From positions 1 through 64,000 of IMG/VR virus record IMGVR_UViG_3300023184_000029: a stretch of DNA of 64,000 nucleotides; one strand, written 5' to 3'. The DNA comes from a virus. Shown here piece after piece: positions 1 through 9,560 of this stretch. A program made the translations under genes and the position numbers. The notes under the pieces were generated by a model that was given only the letters and a program-made list of their open reading frames with translations, was not told the origin of the DNA and ran no database searches. How positions within the stretch are numbered: position 1 is the stretch's first letter; each line of letters begins with the position of its first letter.

Positions 1-252
1 GCGTAGCTGTTGGAGGTACTGGCGTAGCTGTTGGAGGTACTGGCGTAGCTGTTGGAGGTACTGGCGTAGCTGTTGGAGGTACTGGCGTAGCTGTTGGAGG
101 TACTGGCGTAGCTGTTGGAGGTACTGGCGTAGCTGTTGGAGGTACTGGCGTAGCTGTTGGAGGTACTGGCGTAGCTGTTGGAGGTACTGGCGTAGCTGTT
201 GGAGGTACTGGCGTAGCTGTTGGAGGTACTGGAGTAGCTGTTGGAGGTACTG
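1..252. repeat. 21-bp coding tandem repeat GCGTAGCTGTTGGAGGTACTG
   Basis: 11 perfect copies (1-231) plus one 1-mismatch copy (232-252); encodes PTATPVP on the minus strand; no spacers. Confidence 0.97.
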
Positions 253-379
253 GTGTGGCCGTAGGAACTATAGGAGTAGGAGCCACACCATCTTGCCCAA
301 CATATCGTACAAATATTGTTCCGTTATTATTTTTAACTAAATAATTATTATTACTATCTTTTTGAATATAAGCAGTCAT
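1..379 (-). CDS. Pro/Thr/Ala/Val-rich repeat protein, 5' part only (runs off the window); not in the ORF track
   Basis: ATG at 379 overlaps the TAA of the upstream peptidase (TAATG); reads [45 protein letters not shown](PTATPVP)n with no stop to base 1. Confidence 0.85.
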   Translation of the reverse strand, partial: MTAYIQKDSNNNYLVKNNNGTIFVRYVGQDGVAPTPIVPTATPVPPTATPVPPTATPVPPTATPVPPTATPVPPTATPVPPTATPVPPTATPVPPTATPVPPTATPVPPTATPVPPTATPVPPTAT

Positions 380-1305
380 TATAGATAGCTCTCAAAACCA
401 TAATCTGGTAATTTTTGAACAGGAAAACCGTCAAAATTACTAAAAGCATATGAGCCGTTTTGAGATAACATACCGGCCGCAACATCTGCGTGTATTAAAA
501 ACGAACCATCTGGAATAGGCCCCCATTCTGGATGACCACCATCGTTCCACTTACCCCAACTATTTTGTACTAAAAATGCTGGTTCGTCCCCCGTATCGTC
601 GCAGGCTATCCATGCCATAGAATGACCCCAGCTTCCAGACTGTTTAGCAAAACCTTTTTTATCTCTAGTGCTACTAAAACCATAATTAGAACACACATTA
701 ACACCATAACCATTGGCTAAAGCGTCTCTTGCTTCTTCTACTGTTCTAACAAGACTTGTTGTTTTAATTTGATGATCATTAGCTAGATCTAAAACTTTGT
801 CTGGTAATCCTCGACCTCCCCATCCTGCTCCAAGATGACCATTATATTTACTAAAGTCAACAACGCCCGGATAATTTTTGCGCACAATAATTCCGCCAAT
901 CTTACTAACAAATTCAGCAGCTCTACTACAACTCATGCCTTCGCCACTGAACCCTCTAGCTCCGTATATTGCTTCTGTAGCTCCTTTGGCTACCCAACTT
1001 TCTCTTTCATTATGAACATCTATTTCTACTGCTCGACTAACATCACAAGCATTTCGTGTTCCATGACTTACACAATCTCCGACTACCTGTCTTTCATTGT
1101 AAGGATTTTTCTCAAATTTTAAAACACTCTTGTATGGTATTGATAATTTACCTTTACCAGAGTTATTAATTTTTTTACTAGCATCTCCAAATAATGGATA
1201 TTTAAGAGTTTCCATTAAATGATCAAAATGGTGCTGCTCCCACAGGCATCCAGAATAACCATTACGATACTTATTATACCATTCTTGTGGAGTTAGTCTT
1301 GGCAT
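379..1305 (-). CDS. Papain-like (C1 family) cysteine peptidase
   Basis: Q..GDCVSHG (Cys), WGHSMAWI (His), QNSWG (Asn) catalytic motifs. Confidence 0.85.
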   Translation of the reverse strand: MPRLTPQEWYNKYRNGYSGCLWEQHHFDHLMETLKYPLFGDASKKINNSGKGKLSIPYKSVLKFEKNPYNERQVVGDCVSHGTRNACDVSRAVEIDVHNERESWVAKGATEAIYGARGFSGEGMSCSRAAEFVSKIGGIIVRKNYPGVVDFSKYNGHLGAGWGGRGLPDKVLDLANDHQIKTTSLVRTVEEARDALANGYGVNVCSNYGFSSTRDKKGFAKQSGSWGHSMAWIACDDTGDEPAFLVQNSWGKWNDGGHPEWGPIPDGSFLIHADVAAGMLSQNGSYAFSNFDGFPVQKLPDYGFESYL

Positions 1306-1793
1306 TATTTACTCGCTTCGTTATAGGCCCATGCTAAGCTATTAAAACCATCAACAGCTTTAGTTCTTAATTCTGGACTTAATGGAATATTATCATCACC
1401 AATACTAGCTACTATAACTTCGAAAGCTTCTTTAGCTAAATTAGGATATTTGCCTTTGATATCAAGCTTTAACATAACTCCCGCTAGACTATTAGCCTGA
1501 CGAATTTCTTCGGTATTTTTAATTACTAAATCTTCACCATCTAATTGTACCAATCGACCAAGGTCTAATGATAAATCTCGTAACTTTTTAAAATCTTTTT
1601 TATCTCCACCAGCAGACTTCAATGAAGCAATAACATCATCAGCTTCTTTTTTAACATTAGGATCGGTTGGTTCAACCAGTTCCATAACATCTACTTTGGG
1701 ATTATTAGGAGATAAATTAACTAGATTAAATTTAGCAGAAAGACCTAGTAGGATTAATAATGCAGCTAATACTAGTATTATATTTTTATTCAT
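1305..1793 (-). CDS. Membrane-anchored or exported hypothetical protein
   Basis: Hydrophobic N-terminus MNKNIILVLAALLILLGLSA; overlaps neighbours. Confidence 0.75.
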   Translation of the reverse strand: MNKNIILVLAALLILLGLSAKFNLVNLSPNNPKVDVMELVEPTDPNVKKEADDVIASLKSAGGDKKDFKKLRDLSLDLGRLVQLDGEDLVIKNTEEIRQANSLAGVMLKLDIKGKYPNLAKEAFEVIVASIGDDNIPLSPELRTKAVDGFNSLAWAYNEASK

Positions 1794-2188
1794 GCTTTGG
1801 TCTCTTTTTTACAAACATTGGGGGATAGAAACGGGAACATCTGGTCAGCAACTTTTACAGCTTCGGCACAACCGCTTTGCTCTGCTAAATCTCTTGTTTG
1901 TTTCCAGCTAACAACCAGTTTGAAAAATATGTCGTCTTTATTATCATTGACAATTTTTGGTAGCACAACAGGATTAACTTTTGGTAAATCTACAACTGGA
2001 AGTGTAACAGAAGAAGACGGGGATACTAATCCTTTAATTTTCTCTCCCAATACAACTAACAGTTTCTGGACAGGACTTAGTTTATCCTTAAATAGGACCC
2101 ATAATACTAAACCAACCCCTGCATATAGTGCAAGGTCGGTTGGTGTTAAACGACTACTAAACTCTTGAAAACTTTCAGTAAAATTCAT
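1790..2188 (-). CDS. Single-TM membrane protein
   Basis: TM segment LALYAGVGLVLWVLF; operon packing. Confidence 0.75.
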   Translation of the reverse strand: MNFTESFQEFSSRLTPTDLALYAGVGLVLWVLFKDKLSPVQKLLVVLGEKIKGLVSPSSSVTLPVVDLPKVNPVVLPKIVNDNKDDIFFKLVVSWKQTRDLAEQSGCAEAVKVADQMFPFLSPNVCKKETKA

Positions 2189-2204
2189 TTTATTTTCCTT
2201 TTAT

Positions 2205-2651
2205 TTATTTGTCTGAAACTTTAGGAATATTATCTGCTGTAGGATCTATGGTTGATTGTGGATCAATAAAAACTCCGCTCTTTCTAAAAATTTCTACCAT
2301 AGAATCTATGGTGGAACTAACCAATAGCATTAATAGAGCCTTAGCATACTTTTGTATAATAGGCTGAAGCATAGCTGGGACATACGGAATATTTACGATT
2401 AAAAAAACTTTATCATAGAAATTACTAATCATATTCATAGCAATTTCTTTCTTATTCGATCCTTTAAGTGAAGGATTATTGTCTTCAATAGCCTGTATCG
2501 TTTCTGCTGTGGCTAATTGTAGAATTCCCCATGCTTTTGAAAGAGCAACGGACGCATTATTAGACAACAAAGATTTAGCTCTTTCTATAAGAGACTCTAG
2601 AGTTGAAGATAGTTCTATGCTAAGAATTTTATTTTGAACAGAGCTGGTCAT
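2205..2651 (-). CDS. Hypothetical protein, possibly membrane associated
   Basis: 148 aa ORF with GAGG RBS and an amphipathic C-terminal half. Confidence 0.7.
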   Translation of the reverse strand: MTSSVQNKILSIELSSTLESLIERAKSLLSNNASVALSKAWGILQLATAETIQAIEDNNPSLKGSNKKEIAMNMISNFYDKVFLIVNIPYVPAMLQPIIQKYAKALLMLLVSSTIDSMVEIFRKSGVFIDPQSTIDPTADNIPKVSDK

Positions 2652-2694
2652 GGTATTTCCTCTTATTTTTTAAATACACCGTTTCAGAAATAGG

Positions 2695-3012
2695 CTAAAT
2701 ATTTTTGGTTTTAACTGGTCTGCTTACTCTTTTTTTTTGTCTTGCATTAGCTCTATTGGCTATTTTTCTCTCGTTTTCCGTAGCTGTACTCCACCATGTT
2801 TGTTTAAGACTAGTTCTTCCATTAATATATTTGAATAATACAATTAGCTGTCCCATAACTAATATAGTTGCTTCTAAGCCTTTGCTGGTCTCTTGAATTA
2901 AATTTTCTTTTTGGCTATTATCTTCTAATAATCCAACAAGATATAATCCGCTAAAAATAAAACTAACCATAGTGAACCAAAATTCACTGGTGCGATAACC
3001 TGGTTTTATCAT
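2695..3012 (-). CDS. Holin-like small membrane protein
   Basis: KPGYRTSEFW N-terminus, two hydrophobic segments, basic C-terminal tail. Confidence 0.5.
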   Translation of the reverse strand: MIKPGYRTSEFWFTMVSFIFSGLYLVGLLEDNSQKENLIQETSKGLEATILVMGQLIVLFKYINGRTSLKQTWWSTATENERKIANRANARQKKRVSRPVKTKNI

Positions 3013-3029
3013 TTATAATTATTCCTTTT

Positions 3030-4634
3030 TTATAAAATACCTAATATACTAGATCCGTTAATACCCTTTTGATAAACTATTTCTGGATTATTTATTAAAA
3101 AAGATTCTGGTCCGAATGGACCAGAGTTATATCTTATTGTAACTTCTGCTGCTGATGGAGAAAAATATGAGACTCCAAACACCATAGACGATGAATAATT
3201 ATATGAATTATTATTAAAATATGCATCACCTTGAACTATTCCGCCATACATTAAAGAAGGATCAGGATACAATCCATTACTAGAACTATCATTAAAAATT
3301 GCATCACCATTAACAGTACCATTGTTATATGAGAGATCATTAAAAATGCTACCATCTCCAGCATTATTAAAATTCCAAGAATAATCATTAAAAGTTGCTA
3401 TTCCATCAACTCCATAGCTAGGCACATTAAGTTCGGATCTAACTCCATTACTTGAAAAACTGTAGAAAGTAGCACTTCCAATTATTTTACCAACATTATA
3501 CGAATCGGTGTTAAAGATAACATTTCCATTAATTAAAGCACCAACACTTGTATTTGAATTATAATTACTATTATATGAAGTATTATTAAAAGTAACATCT
3601 CCATTAATAATACTAGTATTATGTGCTGTATCATTAAAAATCCAGCTTTGTCCCGGCGTATCAAATACCCATCCTGTAGTATCCAAATTCCAATCAACAT
3701 CATTGGACACTGTGAAAGTAACAGGGGTTGCTGAAGTAAAAGTAAGGACTCCTGAAATAGATGAATGCCAATCTATGTCAGTAAATGATGATGATGAAAA
3801 AATAGCGTCTTCTTGAACAGTTCCTAAATATCCACTATTGCTGTTTTTAGCACTATCATTAAATGTAGCGTTACCTGTGACAATATCCATATTAGCTGCG
3901 CTATTATTAAACACAGCATCACCATCTACTGTGGCAGAACGGGTGGATAGATCAAAATTAAATGAATTGTTATTAAATGTAGCATTTCCATTTACATATC
4001 CACGGTTGGATGCTCCACTATTAAATATCCATTCGTGAGTATCATTAAAAATCCATGTATTCGAAGATCCGTACCAGTTATTGCTTTCTCCAGAAAAAGT
4101 AAAAACTATAGGATTATTAAAGGTTATGGTTCCATCTATGTTTGAATATGCTGCTGCTAGTATATTGGTCATTTCACTATTATTAAATGTAGCATTTCCA
4201 GTGACCGTGGCTCCTATTATCAATCCATTATCATTTAGGGTTGCATTTCCGCCTATAGTGGACGCAATATCTGCATAAGAATTATTATTAAATGTTGCAT
4301 CGCCCGTAACCGTTCCACCAGAATTAACAGAACTAGTATTAAATATAGCGTCGCCCGTAATGGTGGATCGATTTTCAGAAGTATAATTAAATGTTGCTGT
4401 GGTAGTAACCGTAACAGGAAAAACTAAAAATACTAACGGAGCATCTATTGTTAAACTGTTAACAGTTGGTTCGCTACCAGTATTACTAGGCATACTTAAT
4501 AAAAAAACATTATCGGGACTAGAAGGTAAACTTGAAGCCTGTGTGGTTAATCCAACATTTGTCCACCAGTTTTCTAAAGTATACCAATCTGTATCAGCAG
4601 CGGCAACGGTATTAAAAAAATATAATGTAGCCAT
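3030..4634 (-). CDS. Asn/Gly/Ser/Thr-rich beta-helix-like repeat protein (putative fibre/adhesin)
   Basis: Many imperfect repeats of (V/I)xG(D/N)A(T/I/V)FN(N/D)xS. Confidence 0.7.
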   Translation of the reverse strand: MATLYFFNTVAAADTDWYTLENWWTNVGLTTQASSLPSSPDNVFLLSMPSNTGSEPTVNSLTIDAPLVFLVFPVTVTTTATFNYTSENRSTITGDAIFNTSSVNSGGTVTGDATFNNNSYADIASTIGGNATLNDNGLIIGATVTGNATFNNSEMTNILAAAYSNIDGTITFNNPIVFTFSGESNNWYGSSNTWIFNDTHEWIFNSGASNRGYVNGNATFNNNSFNFDLSTRSATVDGDAVFNNSAANMDIVTGNATFNDSAKNSNSGYLGTVQEDAIFSSSSFTDIDWHSSISGVLTFTSATPVTFTVSNDVDWNLDTTGWVFDTPGQSWIFNDTAHNTSIINGDVTFNNTSYNSNYNSNTSVGALINGNVIFNTDSYNVGKIIGSATFYSFSSNGVRSELNVPSYGVDGIATFNDYSWNFNNAGDGSIFNDLSYNNGTVNGDAIFNDSSSNGLYPDPSLMYGGIVQGDAYFNNNSYNYSSSMVFGVSYFSPSAAEVTIRYNSGPFGPESFLINNPEIVYQKGINGSSILGIL

Positions 4635-4639
4635 TTATA

Positions 4640-4933
4640 TTAGTTCCTAAATAAGTTTTGTAGAACAACTGATGGATTGTCTCCTAATAGTTCCAAAATT
4701 CTAGCTTCAGCTTGAGCTTGAGTATAATCTCCAATATTAGTATAACTTTCATTTTGCCATAAAATTAGTGGTTGCCGACAAGGATGAATTTGTGCAATAA
4801 CCGCTTTTCTTTTTGAGTTATCTAATATAGTAACATCTAGATCATTTAATACTATAGGATCAAAGTTTTTTACTGTTCCGTCTTTTTTAGTAATTGACGG
4901 TGGTGTGATAGTGATAGGATTTGTAAGATTCAT
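4640..4933 (-). CDS. Hypothetical protein
   Basis: 97 aa ORF with GGAG RBS in operon. Confidence 0.75.
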   Translation of the reverse strand: MNLTNPITITPPSITKKDGTVKNFDPIVLNDLDVTILDNSKRKAVIAQIHPCRQPLILWQNESYTNIGDYTQAQAEARILELLGDNPSVVLQNLFRN

Positions 4934-4956
4934 AATAAATATATCTCCTTAAACTT

Positions 4957-5532
4957 TTAATAACCGGGAACAAAAGCAACAATATCCCATTTATCTCGAC
5001 CAGAATGATATGTGGCCGCTAAAACGTCCATCTTGTTTGCTGCTGTACTAAACGGAAGGGGCGACGTGGCACTGCTAGGAATGTTGAATTTGTTGCCAAG
5101 AGCTACCGTGCGATTTCCCGTACCATCTTGGGTTATTCTCCAACGCAATGTTTTGCCATTAACAGGATTAGTAGGATTAGCTAGTGTGGTATTTCCAGTA
5201 AGAGTTATATCAAATATATCTCCAGTACTAGCATTAGTATTTATTGTTGATGAATATGATAAATCTACAACAGTTGTTGAACCACTTCCGCCTACTGCTG
5301 TACCAGTAGCATTAATAGATAACGAATTATTATTATTGTTATAAGTTAAAGCTATTCCTGATCCAGCTACTAAAGATGTATTTGTTAATACGCTTGATAA
5401 TGTTGACAATGAAACTTTTTGTGTAATACCAGATCCAGAAGGATCATCCATCATAAGAAAAATATCATCATCACTTAGGCCGCCAGTACTAGCTGATGGA
5501 AAATCTTTTAATCTTTTAATACTCATGATCAA
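4957..5532 (-). CDS. Putative tail-fibre-associated structural protein
   Basis: C-terminal DITLTGNTTLANPTN...ITQDGTGNR segment typical of phage fibre proteins. Confidence 0.55.
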   Translation of the reverse strand: MIMSIKRLKDFPSASTGGLSDDDIFLMMDDPSGSGITQKVSLSTLSSVLTNTSLVAGSGIALTYNNNNNSLSINATGTAVGGSGSTTVVDLSYSSTINTNASTGDIFDITLTGNTTLANPTNPVNGKTLRWRITQDGTGNRTVALGNKFNIPSSATSPLPFSTAANKMDVLAATYHSGRDKWDIVAFVPGY

Positions 5533-5750
5533 CCTCCAATAACTGAAGAGTCGCCCACTAATTCAACAAATATACCATTATAGAATCTATCTCCATATTT
5601 ACTAGAAATAGTATTAATAGTAGGGGTATTTTTTGTATAAGTATTTAAAGTATTATATTTACCGGTAAATGATGTAGTAGTGGTAGTTGAACCATTTTTA
5701 ATAGGTTGACTACTATTTATTCTTTGTATATCAGTAAAAGGACGAGACAT
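5529..5750 (-). CDS. Small Thr-rich hypothetical protein
   Basis: 73 aa ORF, GGAG RBS, ATGA overlap with next gene. Confidence 0.65.
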   Translation of the reverse strand: MSRPFTDIQRINSSQPIKNGSTTTTTSFTGKYNTLNTYTKNTPTINTISSKYGDRFYNGIFVELVGDSSVIGG

Positions 5751-5818
5751 AAATATGCTCCTATAATAATGAGAATATCAGGATATGGTATTATACACCA
5801 TCTAATAAATTGAGGGTC

Positions 5819-6247
5819 TTATGAACATTTAAAGTTTGAAGGTACAGGACCTTCACCAGTAGATGAAACAAAGGAAATTGGTTCTATTGTATCTGTTTGT
5901 GTCGCATATTTCCAATATCCTGCATTTGTGCTACCTCCTTTATAATAAGCCGCTTTATACCACTCATTATGGGTTGGAATAAAATATGCTGCGCCGGGTT
6001 TTCTAGCAACACTATCTCCAATAATTTTACCATTAAGCAGATATGCTCCATCTTCTGTTGTGCTAAGATTTTGGAGGCCTTTTGGTTTGCCATTATGTAA
6101 CCAGTTACAATATCTTGCACAATCAAACCAGGTAACAAATAAAACAGGCTTATTATTCATATTAGGTTTACTAGTATAAGTATAACTCCCATTAGATCCA
6201 CATTTACTAATCCATTATAATGAACCTGTTGGGGTTGGCGTTGGAGT
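5819..6247 (-). pseudogene. N-terminally truncated SUMF1/FGE-like (sulfatase-modifying factor) domain fragment
   Basis: ORF 5819-6160 NKPVLFVTWFDCARYCNWLHNG...NEWYKAAYY...YWKYATQ; similarity continues upstream of the ATG (GSNGSYTYTSKPN) in frame, behind two TAA stops. Confidence 0.6.
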
Positions 6248-7186
6248 TTATGTGGGTGTTGAAGTTGGTGTGCTAATGGGAGTAAAGAAAAATTGCAAAA
6301 GAACACAACCCTGACCACCATTTCCTCCGTTTGCTCCGCTTTCTTCTCCTGCTCCTCCTCCTCCGCCTCCTCCTAAAAATCCATTGCCTCCATTGCCTCC
6401 GTAGTCACTACCACCGCCTCCTCCAAAACCGAAACCAGTAGCAGCATAGCCCGGCCCACCATAACCATCAGCACCTCCACCTCCACCTACAATTGGTGCC
6501 CCATTATTATTTGTTATTCTAATAAAAGGTATTTTTGGAGTCACAGCCAAAGCATCTATAGCGCTAAAAATATCCTGAAGATTTGTTAATACTCCTCCAT
6601 GACCTCCTCTTGCTCCGGCACCGTAGTTGATACTGGTTGGGTTGCCTCCGAAGGAGGCGATTCCTCCACCAACCGCTCCTCCTCCAGCTCCTCCTTGATC
6701 TCCTCCTGACGTAGTACCTCCAGAACCCCCTTGTCTGGTGTCTATATTTACTGCTGCTCCTGAAATAGTACCAGTACCTCCCTCTCCTCCTAATGGTTGA
6801 TCTCCTCCTTTTTTACCTCCTTTTCCTCCATTAGCAGTCATGGGAGAAAAAGTAATACCTCCAGTTATTGATAGCTCAGTAGCTATCCCATCTGAACCAT
6901 CATTATAGTTTTGACCACCGCTCCCTCCTGGTCCTATGTTGTATACAATAGTCTTTTGAGAAAATAGCTCTTCATATGCGTAACAAAGACCTCCAGCACC
7001 TCCACCACCTCCGCTAGTACCATACTGCGGTGGAGGACCGCTAGCTCCTGCTCCACCACCTCCCCCGCCAATAGCCCATATTTTTACACTTGTAGCACCA
7101 TATGGTGTTTCGTAAGATGTACCAGTAGTTAGTAATACAGATATTGGTTCCACCGGTATTGTTGGCGTTGGCGTTGGTGTTGGCAT
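6248..7186 (-). CDS. Glycine-rich protein flanked by Pro-Thr linkers (putative virion protein)
   Basis: WAIGGGGGGAG...GGNGGQGCVLLQF Gly-rich domain; begins MPTPTPTPT and ends TPTSTPT. Confidence 0.7.
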   Translation of the reverse strand: MPTPTPTPTIPVEPISVLLTTGTSYETPYGATSVKIWAIGGGGGGAGASGPPPQYGTSGGGGGAGGLCYAYEELFSQKTIVYNIGPGGSGGQNYNDGSDGIATELSITGGITFSPMTANGGKGGKKGGDQPLGGEGGTGTISGAAVNIDTRQGGSGGTTSGGDQGGAGGGAVGGGIASFGGNPTSINYGAGARGGHGGVLTNLQDIFSAIDALAVTPKIPFIRITNNNGAPIVGGGGGADGYGGPGYAATGFGFGGGGGSDYGGNGGNGFLGGGGGGGAGEESGANGGNGGQGCVLLQFFFTPISTPTSTPT

Positions 7187-7201
7187 TTCACCGTCCTAAT
7201 T

Positions 7202-7522
7202 TTAAGTTTTTTCTATCCTATTTTCCAAAGTTTCCAAGGTTTTTCCAAGCATAGCTATTTGTATTTTTAATTCATTCATAACTTCTGTATTTCTTTGTAA
7301 AGCATTAGCAAAAGCTATTTGATTTTCTTTATTATTATTAAGCCTTTCCATTATAAATTGTCTATCTTGTAAATAAGGAGATAAAGTTTCTATCATATGT
7401 AAAACTTCTGCTTTTGTTGCCATATTCCGTCCTATAGTTACCCAAAAACCCAGCATCGTAACTATTATCCCTATGCTTGTTGTTGCTATATTTTCCCAGA
7501 AATGAATAATAGTTTCTCCCAT
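7202..7522 (-). CDS. N-terminal TM plus coiled-coil protein
   Basis: TM segment IGIIVTMLGFWVTIG followed by heptad-rich C-terminus. Confidence 0.7.
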   Translation of the reverse strand: MGETIIHFWENIATTSIGIIVTMLGFWVTIGRNMATKAEVLHMIETLSPYLQDRQFIMERLNNNKENQIAFANALQRNTEVMNELKIQIAMLGKTLETLENRIEKT

Positions 7523-7539
7523 AGGTAAAATCTTTCTTT

Positions 7540-7581
7540 AAAAAAATAAGCCAACGACACACAAAGTATCATTGGCTTATT
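7540..7581 (-). terminator. Intrinsic terminator
   Basis: AATAAGCCAA/TTGGCTTATT inverted repeat followed by a T run on the minus strand, downstream of ORF 7614-8156. Confidence 0.6.
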
Positions 7582-7613
7582 ATGTCGTTAAAACTAGATA
7601 TTAAAATTAGTAA

Positions 7614-8156
7614 TCAGCCGGCTGTTTTAGGTTTGTAATTACTTGTTGTTGGAACTTTATTACCAATCATATAAACCAATTGACCAGGAACTGATCTGGT
7701 TGGTCTAGCAGCATTATCATTACCAAAACTATCTGTTTGAGTAGTAACTGAACCTGAGTATTGACCAGTAAACAAATTAAAACCAGCTCTAAAAGCAGTA
7801 GCTGTTTTATTAGTGGTTATGGCCTCTATGCTATTGATACTCTTAGTTAAAGCGGGAACGCTTGCTGGTGTTCTAAGAGCAGTTTTACTTACTGTAGCTA
7901 GACTGGTTGTAACATAAACAGTGATAGGCTTACTTGAATTATAAGCAAAAACACCACTACTTAATGATTTAGCATTACCTACTGTAGCACTTAATGCTGG
8001 CTTACTATTAAAAACCCCAACAGGTTGAGCATTGAATGGTCTGTTTCTTAGTACTGTGGAACTTGAGTTACCACCCATAACAGCCGAACCACGATTGTTT
8101 CTAGTCGAAGTTGCTGTGGTATTACTACCATTTTGTTGAATTGAATAAACTATCAT
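7614..8156 (-). CDS. Ser/Thr/Asn-rich putative structural protein
   Basis: 180 aa, small-residue-rich, CCAGGAG RBS, own terminator. Confidence 0.6.
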   Translation of the reverse strand: MIVYSIQQNGSNTTATSTRNNRGSAVMGGNSSSTVLRNRPFNAQPVGVFNSKPALSATVGNAKSLSSGVFAYNSSKPITVYVTTSLATVSKTALRTPASVPALTKSINSIEAITTNKTATAFRAGFNLFTGQYSGSVTTQTDSFGNDNAARPTRSVPGQLVYMIGNKVPTTSNYKPKTAG

Positions 8157-8213
8157 TTTAATCTCCTGGTAGAATAAAAGTGTTGTTGGTCACACATTTA
8201 TACCCCAAAGAGA

Positions 8214-8864
8214 TTAAATAGTCTTATTTTTCTCAAATAATTCTAAAGAGGCTAAATAATATAGTCTAATACCATAGACTCCAGAATTCTTAAAATTCTC
8301 TATTTGTTTTTCTGTCCAAATATTACCACTACAAATTACCGAAATATCTGACTTAGAAGATAAATATTTAGAAGCAATAATATTATCATTTATATCATCA
8401 ATTAAATGTCCTGTAGAAGGGATAACGGTATTAATGCCAAAAGATTTGAGAATTTGACAAGTTTTAGCTAGTGTTTCATGATTAAACACTCTATATTCTA
8501 ATAGGTATCTTAAATCTACACTATTCGTTTGACATATTTCTAAATTATTTTTTATATCCTCTCTTAATTTATCATATTTTCTATTAGCAATATATTTAGA
8601 TGGAGCAACCATATCTATGGTGGAAGCCCCCGCTTTTATGGCTTGAGATAAACAAAAATTTCTACTCTTTATATCTGATTGGCCATAAGGATAATCTATA
8701 GGACAAGATATATTAATTTTTTTTTCTATTAAATTTTTAATTAAATATAAGTTGTTATGAAAAGTAGATATGGTATCAATATTATATTTGATAACTTTAG
8801 TTATAATATTCTTAATTTCTTCGTCTGATAACGAATAATCATAACAAGCATATTCTATGTGCAT
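8214..8864 (-). CDS. DeoC (deoxyribose-phosphate aldolase)-like TIM barrel lacking catalytic lysines
   Basis: CPIDYPYG and AIKAGASTIDMV match DeoC; VIPSTG and VICSGN replace VKTSTG and VKASGG. Confidence 0.7.
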   Translation of the reverse strand: MHIEYACYDYSLSDEEIKNIITKVIKYNIDTISTFHNNLYLIKNLIEKKINISCPIDYPYGQSDIKSRNFCLSQAIKAGASTIDMVAPSKYIANRKYDKLREDIKNNLEICQTNSVDLRYLLEYRVFNHETLAKTCQILKSFGINTVIPSTGHLIDDINDNIIASKYLSSKSDISVICSGNIWTEKQIENFKNSGVYGIRLYYLASLELFEKNKTI

Positions 8865-8879
8865 AACTAGATAATATTT

Positions 8880-9560
8880 CTATTTTCTTTTGATGTATGT
8901 TTTTAAGTAATCTATATTTGGAAATTTTTTAGTACCCAAAATACCATCTGCAAAACCGTAATGTACTGCTTCTTCTGCTGTTAATATCCAATCACACTTA
9001 TTCGCCAATTGAGAAACTATATGTTTTTTTGCCATCATTTTTTTCCAATTTTTTTCTTTGGCTATACTACTATTCATACACCTATCTGTAAACATATTAA
9101 TCATCTTATCACATTCTCTCTCGTTCCATTGGATGCCACTGGCAGCAGCTTTAGAATGTTCTTCATTAATACTAAAAGAACCATAATGTATCAATACATT
9201 TGTATTAGACATTAATATTCTTAAGTCCGCCCCTTGTAGTAAAACGCTACTAGAAGATTCTGCTTTAGCATAAGCCAAAATAATAACTTTTGCTTTGGAT
9301 ATTTTCATAGCATCATACATTCCTAAACAATCTTCCCAGTGTCCTCCGGGTAAATGCATATGTACTAAGATAGGATCTAAAGAGAGAAGATTTAGATATC
9401 TTAGATTTTTTTCAAAATTTACTGCTACCCTGTAATCAACCCCACCTTCTTCCTCATTATCTGATAAAAAAGAATGCAGGTAAATTTCTCTATTTGGAAC
9501 ATCAATACTATAGTTATGTATATTGTATAATTCTGAATCTTCTATATTATTGTTTTTCAT
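8880..9560 (-). CDS. clpP: ClpP-like (S14) protease
   Basis: HLPGG, AESSSS (Ser), LIHYG (His), DWILTAEEAVHYGFAD. Confidence 0.85.
   Translation of the reverse strand: MKNNNIEDSELYNIHNYSIDVPNREIYLHSFLSDNEEEGGVDYRVAVNFEKNLRYLNLLSLDPILVHMHLPGGHWEDCLGMYDAMKISKAKVIILAYAKAESSSSVLLQGADLRILMSNTNVLIHYGSFSINEEHSKAAASGIQWNERECDKMINMFTDRCMNSSIAKEKNWKKMMAKKHIVSQLANKCDWILTAEEAVHYGFADGILGTKKFPNIDYLKTYIKRK

Noticed and set aside
1-252. 21-bp direct repeats as a CRISPR array
   Set aside because: Repeats are contiguous with no spacers, are a multiple of 3 and encode PTATPVP; no cas genes in the window
3030-4634. Diversity-generating retroelement target
   Set aside because: No reverse transcriptase and no template/variable repeat pair differing at adenines was seen
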